A DNA stretch of 64,000 nucleotides from a bacterium (GTDB taxonomy: Bacteria > UBA8248), in contig CBDATS010000015.1 of assembly GCA_965200245.1 (NCBI GenBank), positions 320,001 through 384,000 on the forward strand, written 5' to 3'. The notes under the pieces were generated by a model that was not told the DNA's origin, did no database searches, and worked only from the letters and a program-made list of their open reading frames with translations. Below, one piece after another: positions 10,201 to 19,540 of the stretch (the first letter of the stretch is position 1; each line of letters begins with the position of its first letter). A program made the position numbers and the translations under genes.

Positions 10201-10502
10201 CGAACACCTACTTTGCCTTGAAGTCGCTGCATGAGGCGGGTCTGCTTTCGTATGAGGATATCGGCGCGCTGCTCGACGGGTACCGCTTCTTGCGCCTCGT
10301 CGAAAACCGCCTTCGCATCGGCAATGCGCAGTCGATCAACATATTCCTCAAAACGAAACAGGCCATGGACATGCTGGCACGACGGATGAATTTCGTGGAT
10401 GACATGGACGGCAGTGCCCAGGCCAAGTTTCTGGCCCAGTACGAGAGAAATACGGACCGTGTCAGAGCAGTGTACGAGAAAATTGTAGCCACGAACGAGT
10501 GA
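7287..10502 (+). CDS. glnE: Bifunctional glutamine synthetase adenylyltransferase/adenylyl-removing enzyme
   Basis: Two nucleotidyltransferase repeats (MGKLGGLELNFSSDIDL; LGKMGSGEMNYGSDLDL), DxRLRPEG twice, KLG.GGI.(E/D)IEF twice. Confidence 0.97.
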   Translation: MSVRIEEHPGFSHIEKLLPGGAPTPVATDLLSLIGVTDSVGVIRNLQSLALHPAFPRNNSGFLLQLLSSLRDTFDPERALSNFERILGTRENPDALLRTLTRSDDRRTEFFALAGGSQFLIETILRHPRFLDWLLRPATLRSVRTKEKMVSELWKWVRENQGAPKGPENAMRRFRQREYLRIAVLDLTRRASLMEITTNLSYLADACLEVAIRIAREEMEQKYGRPQHKGADGRWRNTEFSVIGMGKLGGLELNFSSDIDLLFVYTSDEGQTTGVTDAITGRTKRSISNHEFFAHLSRRLISLMATNTEEGHVFRIDTRLRPEGSQGALAYSIRSCEVYYESWGETWERQAFIKARHCGGSAALSDDFMTMIRPFVYRRTMDISVIEEIGRIKGRINENLKGEDAATRNVKLGEGGIREIEFITQALQIIYGGRETLLQNPGTLEGLSIIEALGLLPAHECDQLSNAYVFLRDVEHRVQVTHGLQTHEVPTDEKSLNVLARKMDCADSNELKTRLAYHQNNVSRIFENMFRNENGDEETKSASGPPTPALTLEDSLSAEDLASYNFVDPEGVSTHLKLLRNGASLEHVSAKAKRIFDELLPRMLYQTLDLPEPDRAIAHLNRFVEKGGGRESILGFMAEEEESLEIILKLFASSNYLAEVLIEQPGLFETLFQRETLSGLRSGKALAENLKKITDSQISTEEKFNRLHLLKKSEELAIGIRSILGEADILETLSALSALAETVLRTGYEIAHQRMLKLYGVSMEANRETEARFAIIGLGKMGSGEMNYGSDLDLIFVYSAAGSTNGQFNGKPAEYRAISNHEFYIKLVTCLRDGLAASATRDRTYEMDLRLRPEGEKGALTAPIDIFKEYFKNRAKIWEKQSLTRSRSVAGSQEFGAEFMAVVHEFVYEREVPTDLVEQVRHMRGRIENELSREDEAIADVKLGRGGIIDIEFLTQYLLIQNGGGCPELRVPNTYFALKSLHEAGLLSYEDIGALLDGYRFLRLVENRLRIGNAQSINIFLKTKQAMDMLARRMNFVDDMDGSAQAKFLAQYERNTDRVRAVYEKIVATNE

Positions 10503-11801
10503 TTGGCCGGGCGGGAACCGCCTGACGAGCATCTTCGTGAATTCTTTTGGCTCGATATATATACCAGAGGATTCGAGTTGATAATCAATCCCGAACGTTT
10601 TCGCCGTTCCATGGAGGAAATGGCCCGGATTGGAGCGACCGCAGGAGGTGGTGTAAACCGTCTTACACTCACCGATGCAGACAAGGAAGCCAGGGATTTG
10701 TTCGCTGCCTGGGCGAGAGACGCCAGCCTCGAATTGCAAATCGACGAGGTGGGGAACATGTTTGCGAGGCGCGCGGGCCGGGAAGACGACGCCCCTCCTA
10801 CCATGGCTGGCAGTCACCTCGACAGCGTTCCCAACGGAGGTCGCTTCGATGGGTCGCTGGGTGTGTTGGCAGCACTGGAAGCCGTCCGAACGCTGAACGA
10901 CGGGAAAATCTCGACGAGACGTCCGTTGGAAATCGTGAACTGGACGAACGAGGAAGGGCCTCGCTTCCCGCCTTCCATGCTCGGAAGCGGCGTTTTTGCA
11001 GGCGCAATTGCGCTCGAGTCCGCCTATGAGACGCAAGACTCGCAAGGTGCCAGATTCGTGGACGAACTTGAGCGCATCGGCTACCGGGGCGATGTGCCCT
11101 GTGCACCCCGGCCCCTGGGGTCTTATCTCGAACTCCATATCGAACAAGGTCCCGCCCTCGTAAGCGAGGGTGTGCAGGTCGGTGTCGTAGAAGGAATCTT
11201 CGGCCTCACATGGCTTCGGATCACGATGAGAGGCGAACGCGACCACGCTGGCCCAACGCCGATGCACATGCGACGGGACGCTCTGGCAGGTGCTTCGCGA
11301 ACGATTGCGGCCATACGTGAAATTCCCGCAAAACTGCATCCTGAATTCGTCGCCACTGTCGGAGAACTCTCCCTCTCGCCAAACGCCATCAACGTCATTC
11401 CCGAACGGGTGACCTTCTCTGTAGATTTTCGCCACAGCGAAGCCGAACTGCTTCGTGAGGCGCGAAAACTCATTGAGGAGGCCGCACGCCGCGAGGCGGA
11501 ACAGGAAAGTCTCCAAATCGAGATACAGGAGGTCGGCGGTTCTACCCCCACCCGTTTCGACGACGGGGTAGCGGAGGCCATTGAAGCCGCTTGCGGAGAA
11601 TCGGACTACAGCCGTCGGCGCATGTGGAGTGCCGCCGGGCACGACGCCCGCTATGCGGCCGATCTGGGCCCCACGGCCATGATCTTCGTGCCATGCATCG
11701 CCGGGAAAAGCCACTCTGAAGAAGAAGACATGGACTGGGAGGACGCCTACAGGGGTTGCGACGTTCTGGCTCGCACATTGCTGAAAATGGCGGATTCCTG
11801 A
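10503..11801 (+). CDS. M20 Zn amidohydrolase (N-carbamoyl-amino acid/allantoate amidohydrolase family); true start may be later
   Basis: GSHLDSVPNGGRFDG, NEEG.RF, ELHIEQGP, HAG.TPM, AGHDA, SHSEEE. Confidence 0.92.
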   Translation: MAGREPPDEHLREFFWLDIYTRGFELIINPERFRRSMEEMARIGATAGGGVNRLTLTDADKEARDLFAAWARDASLELQIDEVGNMFARRAGREDDAPPTMAGSHLDSVPNGGRFDGSLGVLAALEAVRTLNDGKISTRRPLEIVNWTNEEGPRFPPSMLGSGVFAGAIALESAYETQDSQGARFVDELERIGYRGDVPCAPRPLGSYLELHIEQGPALVSEGVQVGVVEGIFGLTWLRITMRGERDHAGPTPMHMRRDALAGASRTIAAIREIPAKLHPEFVATVGELSLSPNAINVIPERVTFSVDFRHSEAELLREARKLIEEAARREAEQESLQIEIQEVGGSTPTRFDDGVAEAIEAACGESDYSRRRMWSAAGHDARYAADLGPTAMIFVPCIAGKSHSEEEDMDWEDAYRGCDVLARTLLKMADS

Positions 11802-11840
11802 GCACAAAACTTCCAACTTTACTAGGATGAGGAAAAACGA

Positions 11841-12671
11841 ATGCCTAGAGTGAAATGGAAAAACGGAGCGCGCTGTGCCGTATGTCTGACTTTCGACGTG
11901 GACGGCGAGACGGTCTGGATGGGCCGGGATCCCTCACTGGGTGGACGCCCCATCCACAACTCCATGGGCGCCTACGGCCCGAAGGTCGGGATTCCCCGGA
12001 TACTCAAGCTCTTGAAGAAATACGATCTTCCCGGCGCTTTCTACATCCCGAGCTGGACGGTCGAGAAATGGCCGAAAATGACTGATTCCATCGTGAAGGC
12101 GGGGCATGAAATCGGCCACCATGGCCACATTCACGAAAAACCCTATCAGATGTGCGATGTCGAACGCGAAGAGGAATTGCTCGTACGTGCCCTGGAGATA
12201 CTGAAACGGAATACGGGTCAGGAAATCCTGGGTTCGCGCACTCCCTCGGCGGACCCGAGCGTCCACACCATGGGACTCCTCAAAAAACACGGACTTCTGT
12301 ACCACTCGAACATGATGGACGACGACTGGCCTTACTATCACGGTTGCGGCCTTGTCGAATTGCCCACCAAGTGGAGTCTCGACGATTTCATCTTCTTCGC
12401 CCACAGCACGAATCCGCCGCTGGGCCACGGTATCCGCGACCCCGAATCGGTCTACTCGATATGGGTGGAGGAATTCGAAGGTACGTACGAGGAAGGTGGA
12501 TACATCAACATCATGTGCCATCCCCAGATTATCGGCCAGCATCACCGCATGCGGATGCTGGAGAAACTGATTCAGCACATCCTCGCGAAAGGTGACGCCT
12601 GGGTCGCCGCACCTGTAGACGTGGCAAAATGCTGGGCCTCACAAAGGAAAGCTCCCAAGGCGAAAAGATAA
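11841..12671 (+). CDS. Polysaccharide deacetylase (CE4; PgdA/PuuE-related) family protein
   Basis: LTFDVD, YGPKVG.PRIL, HEIGHHG..H, DD.PY, HPQIIG. Confidence 0.88.
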   Translation: MPRVKWKNGARCAVCLTFDVDGETVWMGRDPSLGGRPIHNSMGAYGPKVGIPRILKLLKKYDLPGAFYIPSWTVEKWPKMTDSIVKAGHEIGHHGHIHEKPYQMCDVEREEELLVRALEILKRNTGQEILGSRTPSADPSVHTMGLLKKHGLLYHSNMMDDDWPYYHGCGLVELPTKWSLDDFIFFAHSTNPPLGHGIRDPESVYSIWVEEFEGTYEEGGYINIMCHPQIIGQHHRMRMLEKLIQHILAKGDAWVAAPVDVAKCWASQRKAPKAKR

Positions 12672-12685
12672 GGCGCAGCCAGTCT

Positions 12686-13123
12686 TCAGAGTACCGGGGA
12701 GAGAAAGCCCAGCAGGCCGGCGTAGACTGCGTGGGCGATCAAGGCAGTCTGCCATGCCCTGGGGTGGTATTTTCGGCTGAAAAAACCATGACCCGTGATA
12801 AGCGGGTTGAAGATGCACTGCGAGAAAATCAAAAGTGCTGCACCCCAAATCAAGCCGCGTACAACGTTCGGTCCGGGAAGACATCCTGCCGCCCAAGTGG
12901 CGTACAGCAGAACGAAGATAATGCCGTTCAGGTGAACGGCGATAAAGCCGAGTACATAAGGCGGATTCCCCTCATACGCCTCACCAAAGAGAAGCATCGA
13001 CACGCCCTTGCCGTAATCAAGCTTCACCATGCCAATTTTATCGGCGACCAGGGCGAAGACGAGATGAGCGTAGGTGGCCAGAAACGAAACTGCGCAGGCC
13101 ACGAAAAAATCACCCGGATCCAT
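12686..13123 (-). CDS. Small four-helix membrane protein of unknown function
   Basis: Hydrophobic ORF with SD; His residues within TM segments (VHLNG, AHAVY). Confidence 0.7.
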   Translation of the reverse strand: MDPGDFFVACAVSFLATYAHLVFALVADKIGMVKLDYGKGVSMLLFGEAYEGNPPYVLGFIAVHLNGIIFVLLYATWAAGCLPGPNVVRGLIWGAALLIFSQCIFNPLITGHGFFSRKYHPRAWQTALIAHAVYAGLLGFLSPVL

Positions 13124-13185
13124 GAAATCCCTCCAAGTTCAGCGAATCCGTCCTGCCGGTAGCGGAACTCCAGCGAGCACTCCGT

Positions 13186-14367
13186 CTAACCGGTGTATTC
13201 CAATATATGCATTCCCGCCCCGTTTCGATCGATCAGGTACAACAAACCGTTTTCATCCACGCCGATGTCGTTCGACTGGACGTAGTCCTTCCCGAAGTTG
13301 AGTTCCGGGATATAATGCCCTGCTTCCCTGGGCTTGAAGGGGTCCGAGAGATCAATGGCACGAAGCCCCGAATTGAAATACGTGAGGAAAACGATATCCT
13401 TCCAGGGTCCGTCAGCGGGCGTGTATTCCAGAATGTTGTGCGCGCCGAAACGACCACCCCGGTTCATGTTCTCTTCCCTTTCCGGTATGTACGTCGAAAC
13501 GGGGATCGGGTTCGTCTCGTCCCGAATGTCCACCACCCACATGAACTGGCTGCTCTCGTAGTTTTCCTGAGCGCGCGCCTCGTCTGTCACCACCACATAG
13601 GGTCTGTCGCCGAGCGGCCACACGGTATGCGTGGAGCCGACGAAGGGTGGCGACCAGCAGAGGTGTCCCACGCACTTGATGTCGCGCAAGTCGCTGCAAT
13701 CGAAAATACCCATTCCGCCCCCCCAGAAGCCGCAGTACATGCGATCTCCCCGGATAGTCGCCGGTCCGTGGCAAGTCCAGGAACGTTCGAAATCTTCGGG
13801 TTCCTCGTATTCATGATCGAGGCTCATATCCTGTTGCGGAAGACCGACGATATTCAGCACTTCGGGTTTCAGGGGGTTCGTGATGTCGAGTGTCCACATG
13901 ACACGGTTTCGCCACCCCTCTGCATGATTCGGCAAGAAAGCGAGCCCACGCTCGTTGTCGACACCGAATCGATGCGGTCCGGTGCCGGGCAGATCGAAAA
14001 AGCCGACTTCCCTGGGTTCCGCCGGATTGGAGATATCGAAAATACACACGCCCGCCCTCGCCTTCTCGCCTTCCGGCGTCTTGAGGCGTTCGTGATTCAC
14101 GTACAGCAGGTCGTCTCCCACGATACGCACCTTGTGGTTATGAAGACCGGGTGGTGCGAACACCTCGGCGATGCGCTTGGGATTACCAGGGTCGGATACG
14201 TCATGGACGGTCCAGCCCTCAGGACCGTCGTAGCTCGCCGTTCCCACCGCGCCCACATAGGCATATCCGTCCTTCACCTCTACCAGGCTGCCCCCTCCCC
14301 ACGCCGCGTCCGGGTCGTGCCCGATAAGTTTGAAATTCCTCGCTTCCGCCGGTGCGCCCCTCGCCAT
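13186..14367 (-). CDS. LVIVD-repeat (beta-propeller) protein
   Basis: Repeated V.D.S(D/N)P..P motifs (HDVSDP, FDISNP, LDITNP, IDLSDP), THT, RFGAHN, YFNSGLR; ATG at 14367 after GGAGG. Confidence 0.85.
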   Translation of the reverse strand: MARGAPAEARNFKLIGHDPDAAWGGGSLVEVKDGYAYVGAVGTASYDGPEGWTVHDVSDPGNPKRIAEVFAPPGLHNHKVRIVGDDLLYVNHERLKTPEGEKARAGVCIFDISNPAEPREVGFFDLPGTGPHRFGVDNERGLAFLPNHAEGWRNRVMWTLDITNPLKPEVLNIVGLPQQDMSLDHEYEEPEDFERSWTCHGPATIRGDRMYCGFWGGGMGIFDCSDLRDIKCVGHLCWSPPFVGSTHTVWPLGDRPYVVVTDEARAQENYESSQFMWVVDIRDETNPIPVSTYIPEREENMNRGGRFGAHNILEYTPADGPWKDIVFLTYFNSGLRAIDLSDPFKPREAGHYIPELNFGKDYVQSNDIGVDENGLLYLIDRNGAGMHILEYTG

Positions 14368-14405
14368 TGTCCGCCTCCTGTGAGTCGCCAGAAAATCAAC
14401 GGTGA

Positions 14406-15284
14406 TTACGAGCGGTCTTTCCCCTCGTACACCTCCACCACACGCGCGCAATCATCTTCCGTCCAGCCCGCGTCATGCGCGTGCCGGAACATATCAAGCG
14501 CGGATTCCGTCATACAGGCATCAAATCCTTTTTCTCTTGCCAAGTCAACGCAGAGACCAAGATCTTTCACGTATATTCCCACCGAAGCGTGGGGTGTGAA
14601 ATCGCGTTCGAGAATCTTCTCTCCTTTCAGGTCCAGAAGAACGCTCGCCGCCGCTCCCGAGCGCAGGCAGGACAGAATGGTATCGGTCGATAAGCCCGAA
14701 CGCTCGCCCAGAAGTAAACCTTCCGCCAGCAGGGCAACGCCCGCGTTCACGATGAGGTTTGTCACCAGTTTCATGGAACAGCCGGTTCCGTTGGCTCCGG
14801 TATGGAGGACGCTTTTGGCCAGGGGCCCGATGATGGGCTTTATTCGTTCGAAAATTTCTTTTTTCCCGCCCACCATGTAGGCCAGTGTTCTCGACTCCAC
14901 GTGCGGCACGGTTCCCGATACGGGGGCATCGACCATCTCCACGCCCCTGGCTACGAGCTTTCTTGCCAAATCAGCCGACCAGGTCGGGTTCATCGTGCTC
15001 ATTTCGACCAGGATAAGACCTTTCTTTCCTGCAGTGGCGATCCCTTCCGCCCCGATGGTATTCATCTCGATGTGTTCGGGCCTGAGCAGCATGGTGAAAA
15101 CCACGTCCGAACGCTCGGCCACCTCTTTCGCATTCATGCAAGGGGTTCCCCCCGCCTCTTTTAACTGCTCCATGCGAACAGGGTCGACGTCGAAACCCGC
15201 CACCTCATGGCCGTCCGCAAGCAGGTTTCGGGTCAGGGGCGTTCCCATCTTGCCAAGACCAACAAATCCCAATTTCTCACGCAT
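14406..15284 (-). CDS. Beta-hydroxyacid dehydrogenase (3-hydroxyisobutyrate dehydrogenase/tartronate semialdehyde reductase family)
   Basis: GFVGLGKMG, DAPVSG, MKLVTN catalytic Lys, KDL. Confidence 0.92.
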   Translation of the reverse strand: MREKLGFVGLGKMGTPLTRNLLADGHEVAGFDVDPVRMEQLKEAGGTPCMNAKEVAERSDVVFTMLLRPEHIEMNTIGAEGIATAGKKGLILVEMSTMNPTWSADLARKLVARGVEMVDAPVSGTVPHVESRTLAYMVGGKKEIFERIKPIIGPLAKSVLHTGANGTGCSMKLVTNLIVNAGVALLAEGLLLGERSGLSTDTILSCLRSGAAASVLLDLKGEKILERDFTPHASVGIYVKDLGLCVDLAREKGFDACMTESALDMFRHAHDAGWTEDDCARVVEVYEGKDRS

Positions 15285-15417
15285 GCTTCATCTCGCCTCC
15301 CGATATGACAATGAACCATGTTTCGTTCGATCGTTTCACTTCACCCTCGATGAGAGCGTAGAATACACAGGTTTTTCAAAGATAGCCGGATATTTCGCTT
15401 TGTGAACTGATAATGCG

Positions 15418-16509
15418 ATGGAGAGGAGACCCATGCCAGCCACTCCCCTGCTCGACTTGCACCAGGCCGCCAATGCCCGACTCATGAAAGAAGACGGTTG
15501 GATGATCCCCGCCTCGTTCGAAGACGCGGTCTCGGAGCATCTTGCATGCAGGGAAAGCGCCATCCTGGTCGATCTCTCCCACAGGGGGCTTCTTCGCTTC
15601 AGCGGCCCGGACACCGGAGAGTTTCTCCACCGCATGCTTTCCAACCGCGCACAGGAACTCAGACCCGGAGAGGGCGTGTACAACACTTTCCTGACGCGTC
15701 AGGGCAAGTTTATATCCGATATGTACATGTACCAGAGCGAAAATTCCATTCTCGCTTCCGTGGCTTCCGGAATAGCGCCGGTGCTTGCCGAGGAAATCGA
15801 CAGATTCATCATCATGGATCAGGTGGAAGTGACAGATGAGACGGAATCCTGTTTCTGTCTCGCTCTCTTCGGCCCCTATTCAAGAGAAATAATCGCGCAA
15901 GCAGGAATGGGCGATCCCTCTCCCGAAGAACACGGCCACACGGCGTCAGGAAACGTAGTAATGGCCCGCGAACTGTGGACCGGAGAAGACGGCTATCTGT
16001 TCCTGGGCCTTCGCGAGGAAGCGGAGCATCTCTGGCGGACGCTATTGGAGGCAGGCGCGAAGCCTGCGGGCATCGCCGCATTCGAATCGCTCACGCTGGA
16101 AGCAGGCGTGCCGCTTTTCGGCAAGGACATGACCTCGGCCGTCAACCCCATGCAGGCGGGACTTGAAGAAAAGGCCATCGATTTCCAGAAAGGTTGCTAC
16201 ATCGGTCAGGAGGTCATCGCCAAGATCAAGTATCTCGGCCAGGTGAACCGGGGCCTCGTGGGGCTAAGGCTCGATGGAGAAACCGTCCCCGAGCCGGGAG
16301 CCGCCGTTTTCGCAGGCGATCAGAACATCGGTTCCATCACCCGGTCCGCGTATTGCCCGACGCTCGACACCATACTCGCTTTTTCGTATCTGCCTCGCGC
16401 GCAGATGGAGCAGGGATATGTGGTAAGCGTAGATTGCCAGGGAGCAAATGCGCGCGCAACGGTCAGGAACCTGCCCTTCTATCGCAGGGAAAGCGAAGCC
16501 ATCAGCTAG
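15418..16509 (+). CDS. ygfZ: YgfZ/GcvT-family folate-binding protein
   Basis: KGCYIGQE signature; GcvT-like N-terminus (TPL..LH, DLSHRG). Confidence 0.85.
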   Translation: MERRPMPATPLLDLHQAANARLMKEDGWMIPASFEDAVSEHLACRESAILVDLSHRGLLRFSGPDTGEFLHRMLSNRAQELRPGEGVYNTFLTRQGKFISDMYMYQSENSILASVASGIAPVLAEEIDRFIIMDQVEVTDETESCFCLALFGPYSREIIAQAGMGDPSPEEHGHTASGNVVMARELWTGEDGYLFLGLREEAEHLWRTLLEAGAKPAGIAAFESLTLEAGVPLFGKDMTSAVNPMQAGLEEKAIDFQKGCYIGQEVIAKIKYLGQVNRGLVGLRLDGETVPEPGAAVFAGDQNIGSITRSAYCPTLDTILAFSYLPRAQMEQGYVVSVDCQGANARATVRNLPFYRRESEAIS

Positions 16510-16577
16510 GACGGGAGAGTTCGATACAATCCAGAAATTCGGGTGACGGACGAATCGAAAACTACCCCGAAGCGCTT

Positions 16578-16606
16578 TTGACTTCTTTTATCCTGCGAGG
16601 CATATT
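16578..16606 (+). promoter_or_regulatory. Putative sigma70 promoter for pckA
   Basis: TTGACT-17nt-CATATT in the intergenic region upstream of pckA. Confidence 0.45.
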
Positions 16607-16719
16607 GCGGCCTTCTTTGGGCGGGTTTCGGTGGAATTCGCGATTCATTCCGGAGAATTTTTTCCGCACGACAGACCCTCTCTTTTCAAGGAATTCCGCT
16701 CCCCTGGAGGAAGAAACAG

Positions 16720-18369
16720 ATGGCGTCAACCAAGGAAGGGGGAAAGTCACCTTCCTCACCTGTAAAAATTGGAACGGAAAAAACGTTCGGCCTCCATGAA
16801 GTTGGCCTCAAGAACGTAGGCAAGGTATACCGGAATCTCCCCATCCCCACACTCAACGAAATGGCGGTCGCGCGAGGCGAAGGTTACCTCGCTCCCAACG
16901 GGGCGCTCGTGGTTCATACCGGCAAATTCTCGGGCCGCTCGCCCAAAGACAAGTTCACGGTCGATCAGAACCCGTCCAACAAGAAGATATGGTGGGGTCC
17001 CATCAACCAGAAGATATCGACTGAAAACTGGGACAACATTTTCCAGAAAATAGCCAGCTATGCCCAAAAGCGCGACCTCTTTATCTTCGACGGTTTCGTG
17101 GGCAATGACGCGAGATACAAACTGCCCGTGCGCGTCATTTCAGAACTCGCCTGGCATTCGATGTTCTGCCAGACGCTGCTCGTGCGTCCCGAGCCCGGTG
17201 AACTCGACACTCACAAAAACCCCTTTACAGTAATCGACATGGGCAGGTTTCTGGGTGCGGGACCGACGGAAGGACTCCGGCAAGAGAACTTTACACTGGT
17301 GAATTTCGAGAAAAACATGGCGCTCATCGGCGGATCGGAGTATGCCGGCGAGATGAAGAAATCGGCCTTTTTCATCATGAACTACCTCCTTCCCCAAAAG
17401 GGCGTCTTCCCGATGCACTGTTCGGCGAACATGGGTCACGGCGGAGACACGGCTCTTTTCTTCGGCCTCTCCGGCACGGGAAAGACCACGTTGTCCGCAG
17501 ATCCGAACCGAAAGCTCATCGGCGACGACGAACACGGCTGGTCGGATACCGGCATCTTCAATTTCGAAGGCGGATGCTACGCGAAAACCATCAATCTCAC
17601 GCGGGAAGATGAGCCCCAGATTTGGGATGCCATCCGCTTCGGTTCCGTTCTCGAGAATGTTATCGTCGATCCGCTTACGCGGGAAATCGATTATGACGAC
17701 ATGTCGATAACCGAAAACACACGCGCCACCTATCCCAACCACTTCATTGACAACTGCGTGCTCTCGGGCATGGGAGGGCATCCGAAAAACATTTTCTTTC
17801 TCACCTGTGACGCGTTCGGCGTACTGCCCCCTATCAGCAAGCTCACTCCCGAACAGGCCGCCTACCATTTCCTCTCCGGCTATACGGCGAAAGTGGCGGG
17901 TACCGAAGCTGGTGTCGATGATCCGATGGCTACGTTCAGCAGTTGTTTCGGGGCGCCATTCCTCGCCCTGCATCCCGCCGAATACGGCGAAATGCTCATG
18001 GACAGGCTCAGGAAACACAACGCGCAGGTATGGCTCGTCAACACCGGCTGGATCGGGGGAGCCGCTGGCGAGGTTGACAGGATGCCGCTGCATCATACGC
18101 GCGCGCTTCTGACAGCCGCACTTACGGGCGAACTTGCCAAGGTTCCCACCCAGGACGTGCCGATTTTCGATTTGCACGTCCCGACAAGCTGCCCCGGAGT
18201 GCCGCAGAAATATATGATTCCCAGAAATCTCTGGAGAAGCAAGAAAAAATACGACGAGAAAATACACGAGCTCGCAGTAGAGTTCCAGAAGAATTTCGAC
18301 CAGTTCAGAGGCCGTGTGACACCGGACGTCGCAGCGGCAGGCCCGAAAAACCAGATGGTTGCTACATAG
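16720..18369 (+). CDS. pckA: Phosphoenolpyruvate carboxykinase (ATP)
   Basis: GRSPKDK, YAGEMKK, PMHCSAN, FGLSGTGKTTLS, IGDDEH, NFEGGCYAK. Confidence 0.98.
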   Translation: MASTKEGGKSPSSPVKIGTEKTFGLHEVGLKNVGKVYRNLPIPTLNEMAVARGEGYLAPNGALVVHTGKFSGRSPKDKFTVDQNPSNKKIWWGPINQKISTENWDNIFQKIASYAQKRDLFIFDGFVGNDARYKLPVRVISELAWHSMFCQTLLVRPEPGELDTHKNPFTVIDMGRFLGAGPTEGLRQENFTLVNFEKNMALIGGSEYAGEMKKSAFFIMNYLLPQKGVFPMHCSANMGHGGDTALFFGLSGTGKTTLSADPNRKLIGDDEHGWSDTGIFNFEGGCYAKTINLTREDEPQIWDAIRFGSVLENVIVDPLTREIDYDDMSITENTRATYPNHFIDNCVLSGMGGHPKNIFFLTCDAFGVLPPISKLTPEQAAYHFLSGYTAKVAGTEAGVDDPMATFSSCFGAPFLALHPAEYGEMLMDRLRKHNAQVWLVNTGWIGGAAGEVDRMPLHHTRALLTAALTGELAKVPTQDVPIFDLHVPTSCPGVPQKYMIPRNLWRSKKKYDEKIHELAVEFQKNFDQFRGRVTPDVAAAGPKNQMVAT

Positions 18370-18401
18370 AGACCAACTCCCCTTGCGAAGGAGGTATTCC
18401 G

Positions 18402-18587
18402 ATGCCCGTTGTTCAGGTAAGCTTGTTGTCAGGAAGAACCAAGGAGCAAAAAGGCGCGATGGCGGATGAGATTACGGAGACGGTCCACAAGCACTCGGGC
18501 GCCCCGAAAGAAGTCATCACGGTCATATTCCAGGACATCGAAAGGGATTCCTGGGCCGCGAACGGAACGCTCTACGCGGACAGGTAG
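18402..18587 (+). CDS. 4-oxalocrotonate tautomerase family protein
   Basis: 61 aa, Pro1 after Met, GRTKEQK, W...G; SD GGAGG. Confidence 0.92.
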   Translation: MPVVQVSLLSGRTKEQKGAMADEITETVHKHSGAPKEVITVIFQDIERDSWAANGTLYADR

Positions 18588-18605
18588 TGACGATAATTCT
18601 TTCAC

Positions 18606-19478
18606 GTGAGGAGGGTCGAAATGAACGTCGACAATTTCCGGCTCGCACTCGTGCAGCCGATGGGATATCCCCCACCCGATGATGAAAAAAACGTGGCCGA
18701 CGCCGTTCGATACGTCGAAGACGCCGCTGCCCAGGGGGCCGATTTCGTCGCCTTTCCAGAATCGTATCCCGGCCCCTGGCGCATGCCGGCCACGTTCGAC
18801 CCCACCGAGGCGATGGAAGAAGTAGCCAAGCGATGCGGCGTTTACGTTCAGTACGGAACCCTGGAGCCGCTGGACGTCGAGAAAAAAACGGCCCATAACC
18901 TGTTGAACCTCGCTCGACCTGCCGGCGGCCCCTCCGGACGCTATCGCAGGACTCATCCTCCCGGACCATGGATATACACTGGTGGCGGTATCTGGGAGTT
19001 CCAGTACGTCGCGGGAAACGAATACCCCGTTTTCGAGACCCGCTACGGCCAGGTAGGAATGGCGATGTGCAGCGAGGTCTATATGCCTGAAGTTACCCGC
19101 GCGCTCTCCCTGCGGGGAGCGGAGATCATCTTCCTGCCTGCGGGCGTGGACAAGAAAAAGCTGTGGGGCACCTGGCGAAACCTCATCTGGTCACGCGCGA
19201 TTGAGAATCTCGCCATCGTCATCACCACACAGAACCTTTTTGACAAGAGCCAACGCGGACTGGCGATGGTGGCGACGCCTGAAGAAGTCATATTCGAGAG
19301 TACGAAGGCCGGCATGTTCATGGTCGATGTGGATCTGGAGCGAATCCGCGAGCTTCGCAAGCAAAACGACGAAGTGACATCCTCGGGGCAAAACGCGGCC
19401 AAGGCCGGCGTGCTGACGCAGTGGCAACGGCCCGAACTATACGACAAGTTTTTCCCCAGAGAAGGCGCTGCCAGCTAA
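18606..19478 (+). CDS. Carbon-nitrogen hydrolase (nitrilase superfamily)
   Basis: ALVQ, FPE, MCSE.YMPE, RAIEN motifs. Confidence 0.9.
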   Translation: MRRVEMNVDNFRLALVQPMGYPPPDDEKNVADAVRYVEDAAAQGADFVAFPESYPGPWRMPATFDPTEAMEEVAKRCGVYVQYGTLEPLDVEKKTAHNLLNLARPAGGPSGRYRRTHPPGPWIYTGGGIWEFQYVAGNEYPVFETRYGQVGMAMCSEVYMPEVTRALSLRGAEIIFLPAGVDKKKLWGTWRNLIWSRAIENLAIVITTQNLFDKSQRGLAMVATPEEVIFESTKAGMFMVDVDLERIRELRKQNDEVTSSGQNAAKAGVLTQWQRPELYDKFFPREGAAS

Positions 19479-19540
19479 AGGAACATACACCCCCGGGGCG
19501 CTGGTCCCGGGGCGATTTCCCATAAATTTTCTCCTAGAAG

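Noticed and set aside
13207-14880. Long antisense ORFs (also 10158-11816, 1345-2694, 48868-50247, 59584-61077)
   Set aside because: Shadow frames opposite well-supported genes in GC-rich DNA; no recognisable motifs
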